A model generated the notes under the pieces. The model was not told the DNA's origin and searched no databases. It saw nothing but the letters and a program-made list of their open reading frames with translations. DNA of 63,147 nt, the filler included, from Asterionella formosa (taxonomy: Eukaryota), in the NCBI GenBank assembly GCA_002256025.1. It is 17 parts of 17 records of this genome, joined end to end, with 100 filler letters (N's around TTAATTAATTAA, not from the genome) between each part and the next. Parts side by side here need not be neighbours in the genome. Positions count along the whole stretch, not along the records: positions 21,155 to 42,180 come from NKIB01003132.1; 16 more parts are not named here. One strand, written 5' to 3'. Below, in pieces: positions 23,368 through 36,720 of this stretch (positions within the stretch are counted from its first letter, which is position 1; the number at the start of each line of letters is the position of its first letter). The position numbers and the translations under genes were made by a program.

Positions 23368-26300
23368 GTTGACAGGGCTAACGTGTTCATATTTAAGTAT
23401 ATATATATGAAGTTGCCATATATTTGGCGAGAATTGCATAGTCCCTCCAAGGAGGGAAATGATAAATGAACCACCTTGAATATGAAAAGTAAATTGGCGC
23501 CATAACATACAATGGCATAATTCGAGATGTTTGTGAGGAGGAAGCCATTTGGTTAATACGTCAGCCAAATTAGTTGACAGGGCTAACGTGTTCATATTTA
23601 AGTATATATATATATATATATATATGAATTTGCCATATATATGGCGAGAATTGCATAGTCCCCCCAAGGAGGGAAATGATAAATGAACCACCTTGAATAT
23701 GAAAAGTAAATTAGCGCCATAACATGAGATACAACGTCATAATTCGAGATGTTTGTGAGGAGGAAGCCATTTGGTTAATGCGTCAGCCAATTTAGCAGAA
23801 CCAGGTTCATGGTGAACTCGTAATGCGCCGGAGGCCACAGATTCATGAACTTTGTGATAAGCGATAGAGTAATGTTTCTTTTGTAGGGTTGATTCGGGTT
23901 TGGTAACATTAATAACAATGCTGCTTTTATCACAAAATGTGTTGGTAGGTTCAAGGATGGGAATAACCAACATATATAGTTTATAACGCATTGCATCATT
24001 CATTTTAGTTGCGATTTTCAATGCCACAAATTCAGAGCCAAAAGTGGATGATTCAATCGTGTTTTGTCGTTTGGAGTACCATTTGATAGGTTTACCGTTA
24101 AGAAATAAGATAATACCTGTTGTGGAACGTCTGGTTATAAGGTCAGTGGCATGAGAAGCATCAGAAAACATGTTAAGTTGTACAGGTAACCCTCATGGTT
24201 TAGGAGCGTTGTAGGGAATTTGTTCATGGATGCTGGGGTAAAAGCCTTCCAAGATTCCGAAGTCCATGTAAGATGACTCTAATCACGTTCTCGGTAGTCA
24301 ACAATGATATGGCATTTAATATATTTCTTGATGTAAGCAAAAGATCGTAGGATCGCAACCATATGAACTTTTCGAGGAGCCGCCATGAATTTTGCTAATG
24401 CTTGTCCCTGTATGTGCTAAATCGATTCTGCCTAACTCTATTGCCCATTGAATTATTTCAATATAGCTCTGATATAGTCTGGCATCTTTGTCATTTAAGA
24501 ATTCGCTATTGTCCAGTTCAGGATGATAATCAGGGGATGCTGGTGCATCATGTATAGACTTGATCATTACCTTCAATGGGCCACATGCTTCTTCAACAAT
24601 GGATATTGCATTGTTCAAGTATTTGTTGGCAGAGATGAACCATGTCTCAGTTCCATCATCTAATTGTTGTCTTTCAATGTTTGCACCAAGATATTGGCTA
24701 GGGGACCCAACATCCTTTAGTCGATATTGGAAAGGCGGTTCCGAAAATGCATTTATGGTTTTCATAGGGTCCCCTGAAATACATAGGATGTCATCAACAT
24801 AGACAAGTACATATTCATAATAAGCAAGACCTTTGGAGCTTGTTCCTTCACGGTACCACATATTGGGGTCAGCATAGCTTGATGTGAAGTTAAGGTCATG
24901 CAAAGTTGCTGTAAAGTGCGCTCTCCAAGCTGCACCTGAGCTCTTAAGCCCATATAGTCGTGCTCTCACAATGATGGCAATCTTTCCTGCGTCTTCGCCA
25001 AATTCTGGACCAGTCATACAATAGACTTTTTCCTCAGTTGACGCATTCAAGTATGCATTCCCAATATCTGCCATCTTAATGTCCAGGTCATTGAGGGTTG
25101 CAACAAGAAATGCTATTCTGACCCTGTCACGTGATACCACAGATGAGTAAGTCAAAGAAATGGGCGGGTTGGTGCGATGCCCCCCTGCTACCAATCGTGC
25201 CTTCCTAGTGAAGTCCATTTTGATGTCGAAGATCATTCTCATTGGTATTAACTTGTGTCCGATGGGTGGGGCACTTCCTTTTTCTTTCAATTCAAAAGCC
25301 ACCCTTACATTTGTCATTTCTTTCATAATAGCATCATGCCAAAGTGTGTTTCCGCTTATTCTATCAAGCTCAATTGTCTCTGATACATTATCAGGTACAT
25401 GTAAGCCGAATTTGTATCCAGTGTGGACCTCTCGTTTCTGGGATAATTTGTTCAGGTGCTTTTGTTTGTGTAGGATGTCATGCACCCACCAATCAAAAGC
25501 CGGTTCTGTGTCGATTTGGTTGGAAATTGCATAGTTGGCCACTTCTACTGGATTTGTCTCTTGGATCTCTTGAGGGGTAGCCATGAAGTAGTACCATCGT
25601 TCCATTCCACCACTAAGTTCCATCCAGTGGTTGTTTTCTTCCCATAGTGGGTGCGGAATTGATCTACTTTATCTACCGCTTTCGTGTTTTTTCGATGGTT
25701 TATGATGGCAACAAAGTATCTGTATTGTTTTCCCTCAGAATCAACTTGTGAGTACAAATGTTCTGCCAGGATGTTGAAAGCGATATCTTGTTGATCACAA
25801 TCTGGAAACTCTACTGTGAATATTCGTGAGTCCAGAATGGGATTGTTGTGTTTTCTTCCAATATACAGCCCGTCCAAGTTTCATTTTCATCCCAAAACCC
25901 TCGCTATCTCATTCCGATCTCCATGGGGAAGGTAAATCTGTGCATTAATGAATTTTTCTGGGCCTAATATGACATGACCTCTGCATTCTGTATTTTGTCA
26001 TCATGTGCTTCTTCATCATCCATATCATTCAAGTACATAGGGTCCACCATATCGTCAAGGGGAGCATTGTGTACAAGGGTTTCATCAAATGTTGAGTATA
26101 GTTTGGTGATAGCGTGGTCAAATGCGCTTTTCTCATGTCTGTTTCAATAGGGTCAAGGAGCTCGTCTTTGGTTAGTGTTCTGATAGTGGATTGGGCAATT
26201 TCCTTGCCATTCTGCTTAAGGATATAATAGCACATGGCTTGTCCTATGTTTTGAGCCACTCCTAACCAACGCCCCAGATCGTTTTCTGTGCCGCCACCTC

Positions 26301-28890
26301 TCACATCATGGTATTTAACCCATCCATAGAAATCAAAGTTGATGTACTCAGATATGTCAGGGGTCTCTCCTGTCATGGATTCAAGGGGAGTTCGATTTTC
26401 AACCATAGGGCGGGACATCCTTTCTCTAATTTGAGATGTATATTCCATTCCATAATCCCAGAATTGCTCAGGACAGTGGGATTGGTGCATAATACAACGG
26501 AAATGTTGCTTCAATTCTTGAATTTCCCGTTCTGCACGATTTTGCCACGGAGAATGTGGTTCTGTTGTCCACTGTTGGAATAAGTAATTTTTCCTGACAC
26601 GGTCCCATTCACCCCCAGTTTCTTCACCTGCGTTGTCAGAAACCATGAACTTTGGAATACCAATGGTAGAACAGTAGAGTCCAGCTTGCCAAAAGCCTGA
26701 CCTTTGCTGGACATGGGGTAAATCTTGGCATGGCCATTGTCAGATACAAAGAGCTGTTGTCAGATACAAAGAGCTGAGCGCATGTATACTAGTAACATCA
26801 TTAAATAGGGTATCAGTGTAAACTGGGGTCCTGAGATGTTTATGACTCATATGTGCTTGTCTTGTACAGAAATGTCAGGTGATTTTATTGTCAGTATATC
26901 GAAAACCGCTTTGAGTTGAGCTTTGGAGTGTTTTATCTGCTACCTCCAGGCTTGTCCCCCATTGATGTGCTAAGTTGACAGGGTCAATAAGGGAGCGTCG
27001 ATCTAAGCTGGAGGTGTGACATAGGAAACGGAGTTTGGCTGGTGATTCATATGCATCGTTAAGCATATTGTAACTGGGTTGAGAAGTCACAGCGGCTGAG
27101 ATGCAGAAAGGCCGTTCCTGTTGTTGGAATCGAGTGTCATATGGTTGCCATTAATTAGCACTGGTTTATTCAATCCAGCAACATGAAGAAAGTTCTTGTT
27201 TGGTAGGGAGTCAGATTGGGAAGTAGGAGATGCAACCATGACGAGAGAAGGGAATTGACGTCTTACTTGCTTCATCGTAAATTCCGTGTATTGAATGAGG
27301 TGAATATTGTTTTGGGAGGGGATCGCATTGTATCTCATCATCGCAGACTTGTTGTGGTGATATGAGGGAAGTCTCCATGGCTTGGCCAAAGTATAAGGCC
27401 TCATGGAAGACCAGAATGATAGTGCCATCATTATCGGTCTCATATGCAGTGGCCACTGTTGCTATGGGGATGCCACAGAGTGATCCAAGGTCACTGTGAA
27501 AACCTTCAACATCAGCCACTCGATCAGTGTATGAAATGAGTTTGAAACCTTGACCAGTGCAGATGGTATTGGCTCGAGTATCAATTTCTGTCCAAAACCG
27601 ACCATGATAATCATAGGGGTCCTGAATTTTAGATGCTTTGCCAGCATCATAACGAGTGGTTGTGGTGGTGGAACCCATGTTACGGTTGTTGCGGTGCCCA
27701 AATTGTTGTGCCGTGTTTGATATGGTGGCAGGTGGGTAACCGGTACTGGGTATCAGGTTTGTCGGAGATGGGACAGTAGCGATGGTACTAGTAGACACGG
27801 ATTGGGTGTCCACAGTCGAGGCGTTGCGGTTGTTGGTATTTCCCAGGCTTTCTTGATGCCGGAGTGTATCCTGTCCTTGTAACATAAAACGTCTTTGTCG
27901 GTGTGTCAAGGACTCTACGACCTTGGTAGGGATGTAATCAGAAAGTGACTGTGTGCGGCCACCGCTGCCACGATTGGAATAGGAACGTCGTCCACCACCG
28001 CAAGAACGGTTATCCCTACCACAGCGGCTACTGTAGTGACCACCTTGGCCATGTCCACGACCTCCTCATGTGTCAATATGACTTATACTTCGGTCTTCAC
28101 AATGAGTGCGATTGTTATTCGGGGTGTATGGCTTGGTTTGATTCCATAGGTCTTTCATTTTAATCACAGCAGCTTGAAGGTCAGAATTGGTTTCTTGATT
28201 GTCCATGGTCATGATGAGATATTTGAGAGCTTGCATGTTCGGCTTTTTTATTCCTTCTAGGAATTTCCGGACCTGTGTGAATTCATCACGGGATGTATTA
28301 AGTTCCTCCATTTCCATATTGGATGTAATGTGGATTGAACAATATTGATCAAATGAAAACTGAGATCGCTCGTCTTTGTAGAAAGCTCGGTCGATCCAAA
28401 CGTCAGCATCCTTAATGCAAGCATTTTTGGAATCTTGTCCATCCATCTCCAGGCTGCACGCCCATTTGATGTGGTCCTGTGTCGATCAATCATTGCTTCC
28501 ATTGTGTCTCCACTGGTCCAACTGACCAGGACTTGAAGCAGGTCATAGTTATCTGCCTGAAAAATTGTGCCATATAGAGGTGTATTCTTAATAAGATGTG
28601 TTGCATTGTTATCTATGGCAGTGTCACCATCAATTTCGCTATCATCCTCATCTCTTGTCAAATAGAGGACAGGTAACCCATTCCTGTTGTGCGGTTTTGC
28701 TAGGTAGGCGAGGAGTTCTTGTTCCTTTTTCCGCCAGTTTTGAGGTTTACCTGACCATGACGTTATTGTCAAGTGCATGTTCCGTTCTGACTTTGCGCGG
28801 TTGCCTGTTGGTTGCAGTAACAACGATGCAATGTCGCTCAAATCACCTTAACCAAGCGGTGAAAAGACCACGATTTCATCAAGGCGACTG
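23368..28890 (-). mobile_element. Decayed CoDi-type (diatom Copia) LTR retrotransposon: gag-PR-IN-RT-RH in many broken frames
   Basis: Protease EIDTRANT; integrase SDNAGEE...TTEPHSPWQNRAE; RT KARLVAGGH, ADIGNAYL, LYGLKSSG, VYVDD; RNase H FSDASHA...ESSTFGSEF...LADALTK. Domain order IN-RT-RH is the Copia order. Confidence 0.92.
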
Positions 28891-29779
28891 AGAAGTTCGG
28901 GTCGGAGTGCATCTTTTAACTCTTCTTTCACAACTAGCTTAACTTTGAGAGAAGGTAAACGTTTTGTCAGTTTTGTTCCAACAGAAGTGAATAGGTCCAA
29001 AGAGCGACAAGAGCACTTACGCAATTTGGTTTTGTTTTACATTGGTGCTCCCCAACAAGCAAAACAAACAGTTGGATCAACTGAGAAAAAAGGAAATATG
29101 CGTTTAGTTAACAATTTGTAGTTGTCCTGCCTCCCAACGATTGTCATCCAATTACCACATTGATGGCTTCATTACCTTAAATATTCTTCATCCTTCGAAT
29201 GCGCAATGTGTCGAAGTCACAATGTTTTTCGTTATGTATTGCGTAATTTTTTTTCTTGTCATGTGCTTTACTACAACGTATTTTTTCATGAAGCAGCAGG
29301 CATTGTTTGTTAACATGATAGAACGATTTCAAAAATATATATGCCATGAATATAGTAATAAAATTTGTAAATATATATATATTTGAAGTGTAATATATTT
29401 ATAAAGTTCAAAGGCGCTCTCGATATGGAACATCTGATATGGTTGAGATGATCATACTTGCATATACATAATTCGAAAATACTCAATGCACTTTATGTCC
29501 ATTGTTTTCCACGACTATCTGTACCGGTATTTTTTCTGAAATTTAATTGCATCGATATTTTCTACATCCGTTGAAAATAATTATTTAGACCATTCAATTG
29601 GTGCTAAGTCATAACCGCCAGGGTTTTGGTAGCAAATTGTTTAAGCCCCTTTTTTGGTTGGGAGCTCTTTATGTGTACCGGTACATCATATGACAATAAC
29701 AATATATCATATATATATATACAGAGTACCAGTAGCAGGTAGTAAGTAATATACTGGGGGTAGTCAAAGTATTAAACTA

Positions 29780-30032
29780 GCAACAGAACACCATATGTTC
29801 AGGACTGTTTCTACTGTAGTGGGACAGTAAACCATCATAGTTTTATGATCATATGATCATTAAACTAAAAACCAATAGAACACCATATGCTCATGACTGT
29901 TGCTACTGCAGTGGGACAGTAAATCATCTTTAGGATTGTATGATCGTAAAACAAAAAACCAATAGAACATCATATGTTCAGGACTGTTGCTACTGCAGTG
30001 GGACAGTAAATCATCATAGTTTTAGGATCGTA
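29780..30032. repeat. Three tandem copies of a unit of about 90 bp
   Basis: AGAACAYCATATGYTCA.GACTGTT.CTACTGYAGTGGGACAGTAAA at about 29785, 29877 and 29964. Confidence 0.85.
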
Positions 30033-32227
30033 TAATACTGATCTTCAACGGCAGAACCCAATTTCTTCAGGTATATGCTGGAATTCTTCTGGAAGATATC
30101 CTGTATCGGTGCAAAACAATTCCTCTTCTTTTCTGCATCCGGGGATGATTCAATACTTACGGGCAAGGTGAAATACTTGATCATAATGTTCATCCAAACT
30201 TGCATCTTTTCCTGGATCACAGGACTTGACATAATCCATCATTTATAGCAAAAAGATAATGCACAAAATGATTGTTTTCCTCCTTGTCTGATCTTTTGCA
30301 ATACACAATTAGCACGTAGATACTTTCGTGATGAAGTGGATGACAATCACCTTGGTATATATATGGATTGTTATTACCCTTTTCTGGGTTCTCATCAAGA
30401 TCAAATATAGCTAACCTTTACATTACTTGGATGAAGTTCATGAACATAGAGGTAATTGTTTCAAGGTCCCAACATGCAAGATCTTTAAAATCTGAAAAAG
30501 ATTTTTTGATACCTTTGACTCCATAAAATACAGAGGCGTAATTGCATATTTCTTGCGTGGTACGAGTGTACAACTCTTTCCACGATTTTAGTTGTCCATG
30601 CGATTTCGGCAAACTCAAGGAAAATGCCGTTTGCTTTGGCATAATAACTCTACACATTTCACATGACGACTCTTCACAAAATTAGCTGCCTTCTGGATTG
30701 TTTTCAATGATTTTACAAAGAAATTCTTTTTCTTCCATGTATGATTTGGAAAGAGATTCAATTTTGTGTTTCTGACTTCGTTCCCTAATCAGAGCATCAA
30801 CTGCCTTAGCCAAGCATCACATCTCTGGTTGCATTGATCTTCTTGAATTCGAGGTCTTGATCTAGCTCAGAATTTTTCTTGAATTAAAATGCAATAGTTC
30901 TCTGCTCTGCTTTCATAATGTTTATCTTGATGTTCTGGACAAATAGTGAGATATGTTTCTTGGTTTTACAACTTATCAACCATTTCTACTTCTGAAGTGT
31001 TGTATGCCACATTCCCGCCGATATTTTCATTCATCGCATGATTTTGTTCATCAAATGAATGAGAAACACTGAGTTCTTCTTCATTATCAGCCATTTTGGG
31101 AGAATGAGGAGCAAAATATGACACTGGATGGTGGAACTGTGACTCTGTAGGAATAGAGTCTTCATCCACGAAAACCAACTGTTTGGGTTTCCTTGGCTCT
31201 TCGAAAGCAATCTTTCCTTCTTTTCAATCTCAGCCACTATTGTATCGGCATGCTTGCTTCATTATATTTTCTGGAGTATCATGAATTCTTTTCAAATCCA
31301 TTTGATCTTTGAGTGTATTCAAAGGAGCAAATCTTCGATTGATTTCATAAGTTTCTTCATCTTCTTTTCCGAAAACATAAAGTCGTGTAGTGTAAACAAT
31401 GGAAGTAAGTCTCGTTTCTTGTTTGACTGATCCTTTCCATGAAATCCGTGAAATGCCATTTTGAAAGTTGTCACAGGGCCAGAAGACTGTGATGAAAAAA
31501 AGTGGAAGGGAAACGCAGAGCTTATTGCGGCGCTTGTGGAGGTGGAACTGGTGTGATAGTAGTAACCAGGTGTAGTAATTGTTGAACAGAGCACAGGAGT
31601 GTAATATGCATGTTCCGCCAGCGTAGTGTTTACACAATACACATGCCTGCTTATGTATAGGTAAACCAATGAAATACGACACAACAATGAACGTGATGGC
31701 TGGTTGTTGAGGATACCGGTATGTGATATGCATCAATCCATATCACAAATCATATTATAGTGATGTACATATCAACGCATCTGTATACTTAGATCCTATC
31801 CACTGTATAATACTATCATATTAACTGTTGACTTTAACTGTATACATTAAACGACAAACATATATATTAATTAACATACTTCATGATTGCTTGATTTATT
31901 TTCTATGATGTCTTGGTAACACTTGCGTACATATTTTATCGTACTTTATTGTCATTGTACTTTTTTAACATAATCATATTTTGATCAAAATTATATCATT
32001 AACACTTTAAAAAATCATCATAGTTTAATGATCAATGGATCATAGCTATAAGATGTACTTTATTCAATATTACGTATCATACTTTTTAGTGATGTATGCA
32101 TCGGTGTAACCCTATCATGATATCACATTGTTATCATCTTATCAATTATGATGAGATGATTGGGAAGCAACTGTATTATGCATCGTGCTATGGGGTATAT
32201 TATTACATCATACAATTTAGTAGCTAA

Positions 32228-34408
32228 CAAGTCACTCCGACTGTAATGTACAAAAGTCGACAGTGCACATACTCACACGCTTATCAGGTTTGAGGCAATG
32301 GACAGTGGTTCCAACGAGCGAATAATGATACCACGAGTACCAATTTTTCCAGCGAAAGAAGTTGTCTCTCTATTGATGAGGATGACACAGACACCAACTT
32401 TTCCAGGAGCAAATAACAATGAAGAGAGCCAGGCCACTTGTCGCTCTATTGATGTTAACAAAGTTGCGGACAAGTTCAACAGTGAATACAAGAACAACAT
32501 ACCAATGAAAACAAGTCGACAGTGTGTGTACACACACGCCAAGCAGGTTTGAGGCAATGGACAGTTCCAATGACAATATGGATATCAAACTTTTCCTATG
32601 AGCAAACAACAATGAAAAGAGCCACTTGCTTTCGCTCTCTTGATGGTATCAATGATGGTATCAAAGATGTGGACAAGTTCAATAGTAAATTCAAGTACAG
32701 TATGCCAAATGCAGAAACGAGCGAGCGATATGAAGATGAAATTCTAATCACTATAGCTATGTGGACAGTATTCTGTTACGCACATTTTCGTATCTCCTTC
32801 TATGCTGAATCTCAATAGTAGATGTAGTATCATTTGAGAAATGAAAATGTCAATGAGACAAGTAGAATGTGTTTGTTTTCGAGTTGATTGGCAAGATTGT
32901 CATGCTGAAGGGGACGAAACGGATTTACTTTGTGCGCTGTGTGCGGAAACATTACGAGTTCGAATGGTTTCTTCTCTCCTGTAAATTCTTAATTGAATGA
33001 TTATAAACAAAGGTTCACTGCACATGACGATTACTCAAAGATATAATATAATGATCACTTGACCAACAAATTGAAGACATTATCGCAAACATTCATTCCG
33101 CTTGTCATCGCTAGTATTTCGTTGTTGTTGCAAAAATCGGAGTGATGAAGGATGGAAATGACGAGCTAAATTACATTACTTGAACTGGTACATTATCCTC
33201 TTAAGAAATTCGAATACAGGAATCTAAAAGAAACAAAAAATATAATGATTAAATAAAAATAGTCAAAAGGGTTACTATTTAAATTACAAAGGCATTTATC
33301 AAAATTATTAGATGATATAACAAAATATTATGATTAGATGATCACAATCCTATGATGCATCATGGAAATATGATAGTTTTTATTTGCAGACGAAGTCACT
33401 GCTGTAATGTACACAATTCGACATAATACATACACACACCACAGTAAGCAGGTTTGAGGCTATGGACAGTGGTTCCCAACCAGCAAATGACGATGTGGGT
33501 ACCAATTAGTCCAATGGCAAACCACAATGATGAAGGACACTTGTCCCTCTACTGTTGATGATATGGATACCAGGCCGGTTTTCCATGAGCAATCAACAAT
33601 GAAGTGAGCCACTTGCTGTCGCTCTCTTGATAGTAACAAAGATGCGGACAAGTTCAACAGTTATAAGTACAGCATCCCAAATGCGGAAACGAGCAATATG
33701 AAAAAGAAATTGTAAACAGAATCATTCTATAACTATAACTACTATGTGGGCAGTAGTCTGATACATTTTCGTATCATCTTCTTCTATGCTGAATCTCAAT
33801 AGTAGCTAGATGTAGTATCATGTGAGAATTGAAAATTTCAACGAGAACAAGTAGAATGTGTTTGTTTACGAGTTGATTGGCGAGATTGTAATGCTGGTGG
33901 TCGATGAAACGGATTCACGTTGTGCGCTGTGTGTGGAACCATTCCAAGTTCGAAAGATTTCTTCTCTGTAAACTCTTAATTGAATGATTATGAACATAGG
34001 TTCACTACACATGACGAGTACTCAAAGATATAATGATCACTTGACCGACAATTGAAGACGTTATCGCAAACAATCATTCCACTTATCATCGCTAGTTTTT
34101 CGTTTTTCTTGCAAAACTTAGAGTGATGACGGATGAAAATGATGAGCCAAATTTCATTACTTTAGCTGGTACACATCACATAATCATCTTATCAATCATT
34201 ATTCTACCAAGAAATTCAAATACAGGAATCTAAAAGAAACAAAAAATATAATGATTAAATAAAAATAGTCAAAAGGGTTACTATTTAAATTACAAGGGCA
34301 TTTAATTTATCAAAATTATTAGATGATATAACGAAAAGATTATGATCAGCCAGTTGATCACAATCCTATTATGCATCATGGGAATATGATAGTTTTTATT
34401 CGCAGACG
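32228..34408. repeat. Diverged tandem duplication of about 1.0-1.15 kb (32228-33390 and 33392-34408) with an extra internal sub-repeat
   Basis: Identical block AATACAGGAATCTAAAAGAAACAAAAAATATAATGATTAAATAAAAATAGTCAAAAGGGTTACTATTTAAATTACAA in both copies; CAGGTTTGAGGC.ATGGACAGT occurs three times. Confidence 0.88.
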
Positions 34409-34751
34409 TGATACTAGTCATAATTTCTAGAACTGATAATTTACAACACTGGTTTAATTCATCTACACTAGCCTTTAGCCTTTCGCAATCCTTGCAGGCT
34501 TCCTGAAATCTATCAACTGTACTAGCCTCTCAGCAAGTGGATAAGCTCCCACAGTCTCAAAAAGAAAACACGTGAGAACAGAATTTATGGAGGATGAAGT
34601 ACCAGTACTCCAATTTTTTCTTCCTTCCTCAAAAGATCAATGAAGAAGAGCATAAACGTAAATTCCAAGTTGCAGTTTAACAAAAAGTATACTAATTGAT
34701 TATCAAATGTAACAGTTATGTAATTACGAAAATAAATACTGATTGATCCTC

Positions 34752-36218
34752 CTAAATATTACCATAATGACCATGATCACTTTGGTTCAATAAAATGAGT
34801 GTGCCTTTACCTCTTTCTTGCACATCAGCATTGTTTTGATGATTCTCCATTGCAGACTGAATCGCAGCAATACCTCCTACTTCAACAATTTCCACCTTGT
34901 TGCAGTCATTCACAGCCAAGTTCTGAAGTGCTCCACAACCTTTTGCTAGCACAGTAGCATTGTTTGGATGATTCACCATCACAGACAGAATTGTAGTGAT
35001 ACCTCCTTCTTCAGCAATTTTCACTCTGTTGTTGTCATTAAAAGCCAAGTTCTGTAGTGCTGCACAACCAATTTCTTGCACAGTAGCATTGGAGGAATGA
35101 GTCTTCATTGCAGACAGAACCGTAGGGATACCTCGTGCTTCAGCAATTTTCACTCTGTTGTTGTCATTATTGGCAGCCAAGATACAAAGTGCTCCACAAC
35201 CATTTTCTTGCACAGTAGCATTGTTTGGATGATTCACCATCACAGACAGAATTGTAGTGATACCTCCTGCTTCAGCAATTTTCACTCTGTTGTTGTCATT
35301 ATTGGCAGCCAAGATACAAAGTGCTCCACAACCTTTTTCTTGCACGTTAGCATTGGAGGAATGATTCGCCATTGCAGACACAATCCTTGGAATACATTTT
35401 GCATTAGCAATCGTCACCTGGTTTTTGTCATTGACAGTCAAGCACCAAAGTGCTCCACAACCATTTTCTTGCACAGTAGCATTGGAGGAATGAGTCTTCA
35501 TTGCAGACAGAATCGTAGTGATACCTCGTGCTTCAGCAATTTTCACTATGTTGTTGTCATTAAAAGCCAAGTTTAGAAGTGCTCCACAACCATTTTCTTG
35601 CACCTTAGCATTGGAGATATGAGTCTTCATTGCGGACAGAATTGTAGTCATACCTCTTTCTTCAGCAATTTTCGCCTTGTTGCCAATATTCAAAGCCAAA
35701 TTCTGAAGTGCTGCACAACCATAGTGTTGTACATAAGCATTGGAGGAATGCTTCTTCATCGCAGACAGAATCGTAGTGATACCTCCTTCTGCAGCAATTG
35801 TCACACTGTTGTCATTATTCGCAGCCAAGTTCGCAAGCTCCATGAGACCTTCTTTTTGAATGTCATCCTTCCGTTCATTCATTTGCATCTTTGAAAGAAT
35901 TGTAGCAATCGGAGACGGAATTGAAGTGGTTTGAAATTGGGTTGAAGTCTGAGATTGTGTTGCTGGCAAAGAAGGAGACTGCTGAGGCATTGGAGTCGCT
36001 GGAGAATTAGGCACTTGGGTATTCTCATGATCGCATCTAGGGCAGCTGTCTCGCACAGTCTTCCAAACTCGATTCCATTTCTTTTTGCGAAGCTGAATGT
36101 CTGGATGACGAGGACAGAGACCATTCCTTGCGTGCTCTACTCGTTCGCCATGCCCGGACACAATTGGAGCGTCATGCTGATGGATAGATACTATTGAAGG
36201 TGAGAAGACACTCTCCAT
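34752..36218 (-). CDS. Armadillo-repeat protein (about 9 repeats of 43-44 aa) with an N-terminal CxxH...CxxC module
   Basis: Open 488-aa frame from ATG 36218; repeat consensus ITTILSAMKxHSSNATVQENGCGALxNLAxNDNNRVKIAEAGG. Confidence 0.9.
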   Translation of the reverse strand: MESVFSPSIVSIHQHDAPIVSGHGERVEHARNGLCPRHPDIQLRKKKWNRVWKTVRDSCPRCDHENTQVPNSPATPMPQQSPSLPATQSQTSTQFQTTSIPSPIATILSKMQMNERKDDIQKEGLMELANLAANNDNSVTIAAEGGITTILSAMKKHSSNAYVQHYGCAALQNLALNIGNKAKIAEERGMTTILSAMKTHISNAKVQENGCGALLNLAFNDNNIVKIAEARGITTILSAMKTHSSNATVQENGCGALWCLTVNDKNQVTIANAKCIPRIVSAMANHSSNANVQEKGCGALCILAANNDNNRVKIAEAGGITTILSVMVNHPNNATVQENGCGALCILAANNDNNRVKIAEARGIPTVLSAMKTHSSNATVQEIGCAALQNLAFNDNNRVKIAEEGGITTILSVMVNHPNNATVLAKGCGALQNLAVNDCNKVEIVEVGGIAAIQSAMENHQNNADVQERGKGTLILLNQSDHGHYGNI

Positions 36219-36720
36219 GTTGAATTGATTTGAGGATTGTTTTACCGGCCGCCTCCTCCGAATTTTACATGCTTTGATTTGCCTGGTCGTGTTTGAACTA
36301 ATTCTTGAGTTCTTCCACTGCCTCTCTCGGAATTCTACAGTACAAGCAAGCTCTAGGTTCATTCAGTCATACTAAAATAGTAGCACATTTCTATCCTGGA
36401 ATTTTTGTCCAACGTGATGATTATATATATATAGATATGTATATAATAATAAGTATGCACTTAACTGCATTTTATAGTCGTGATGAAAGGCTTTTGTTGT
36501 GGAGTGTTTTACAAGTATTTCTGTATGTATATCTAATTGATTGTACATAAACTTTCGTAACGGGTCACACGACGATGGATCTTGTATAGAAGACGTTGTT
36601 TCATGACGAATGAGATCATAAAGACATTTTGAGAAATTACGAGCTTTACTGTGTCCTGAATATACCAGTATCATTTTCTATGCACAGGAGGTACATTTAT
36701 TGGAGAAGTTCTCGTAGTTT

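Noticed and set aside
29780..30032. CRISPR-like array
   Set aside because: Inter-repeat segments are themselves similar; only three units, no cas genes, eukaryotic context.
36219..36362. N-terminal extension of the ARM ORF
   Set aside because: The ORF track starts here, but ATG 36218 (MESVF) was preferred because the extension looks UTR-like; not certain without transcripts.
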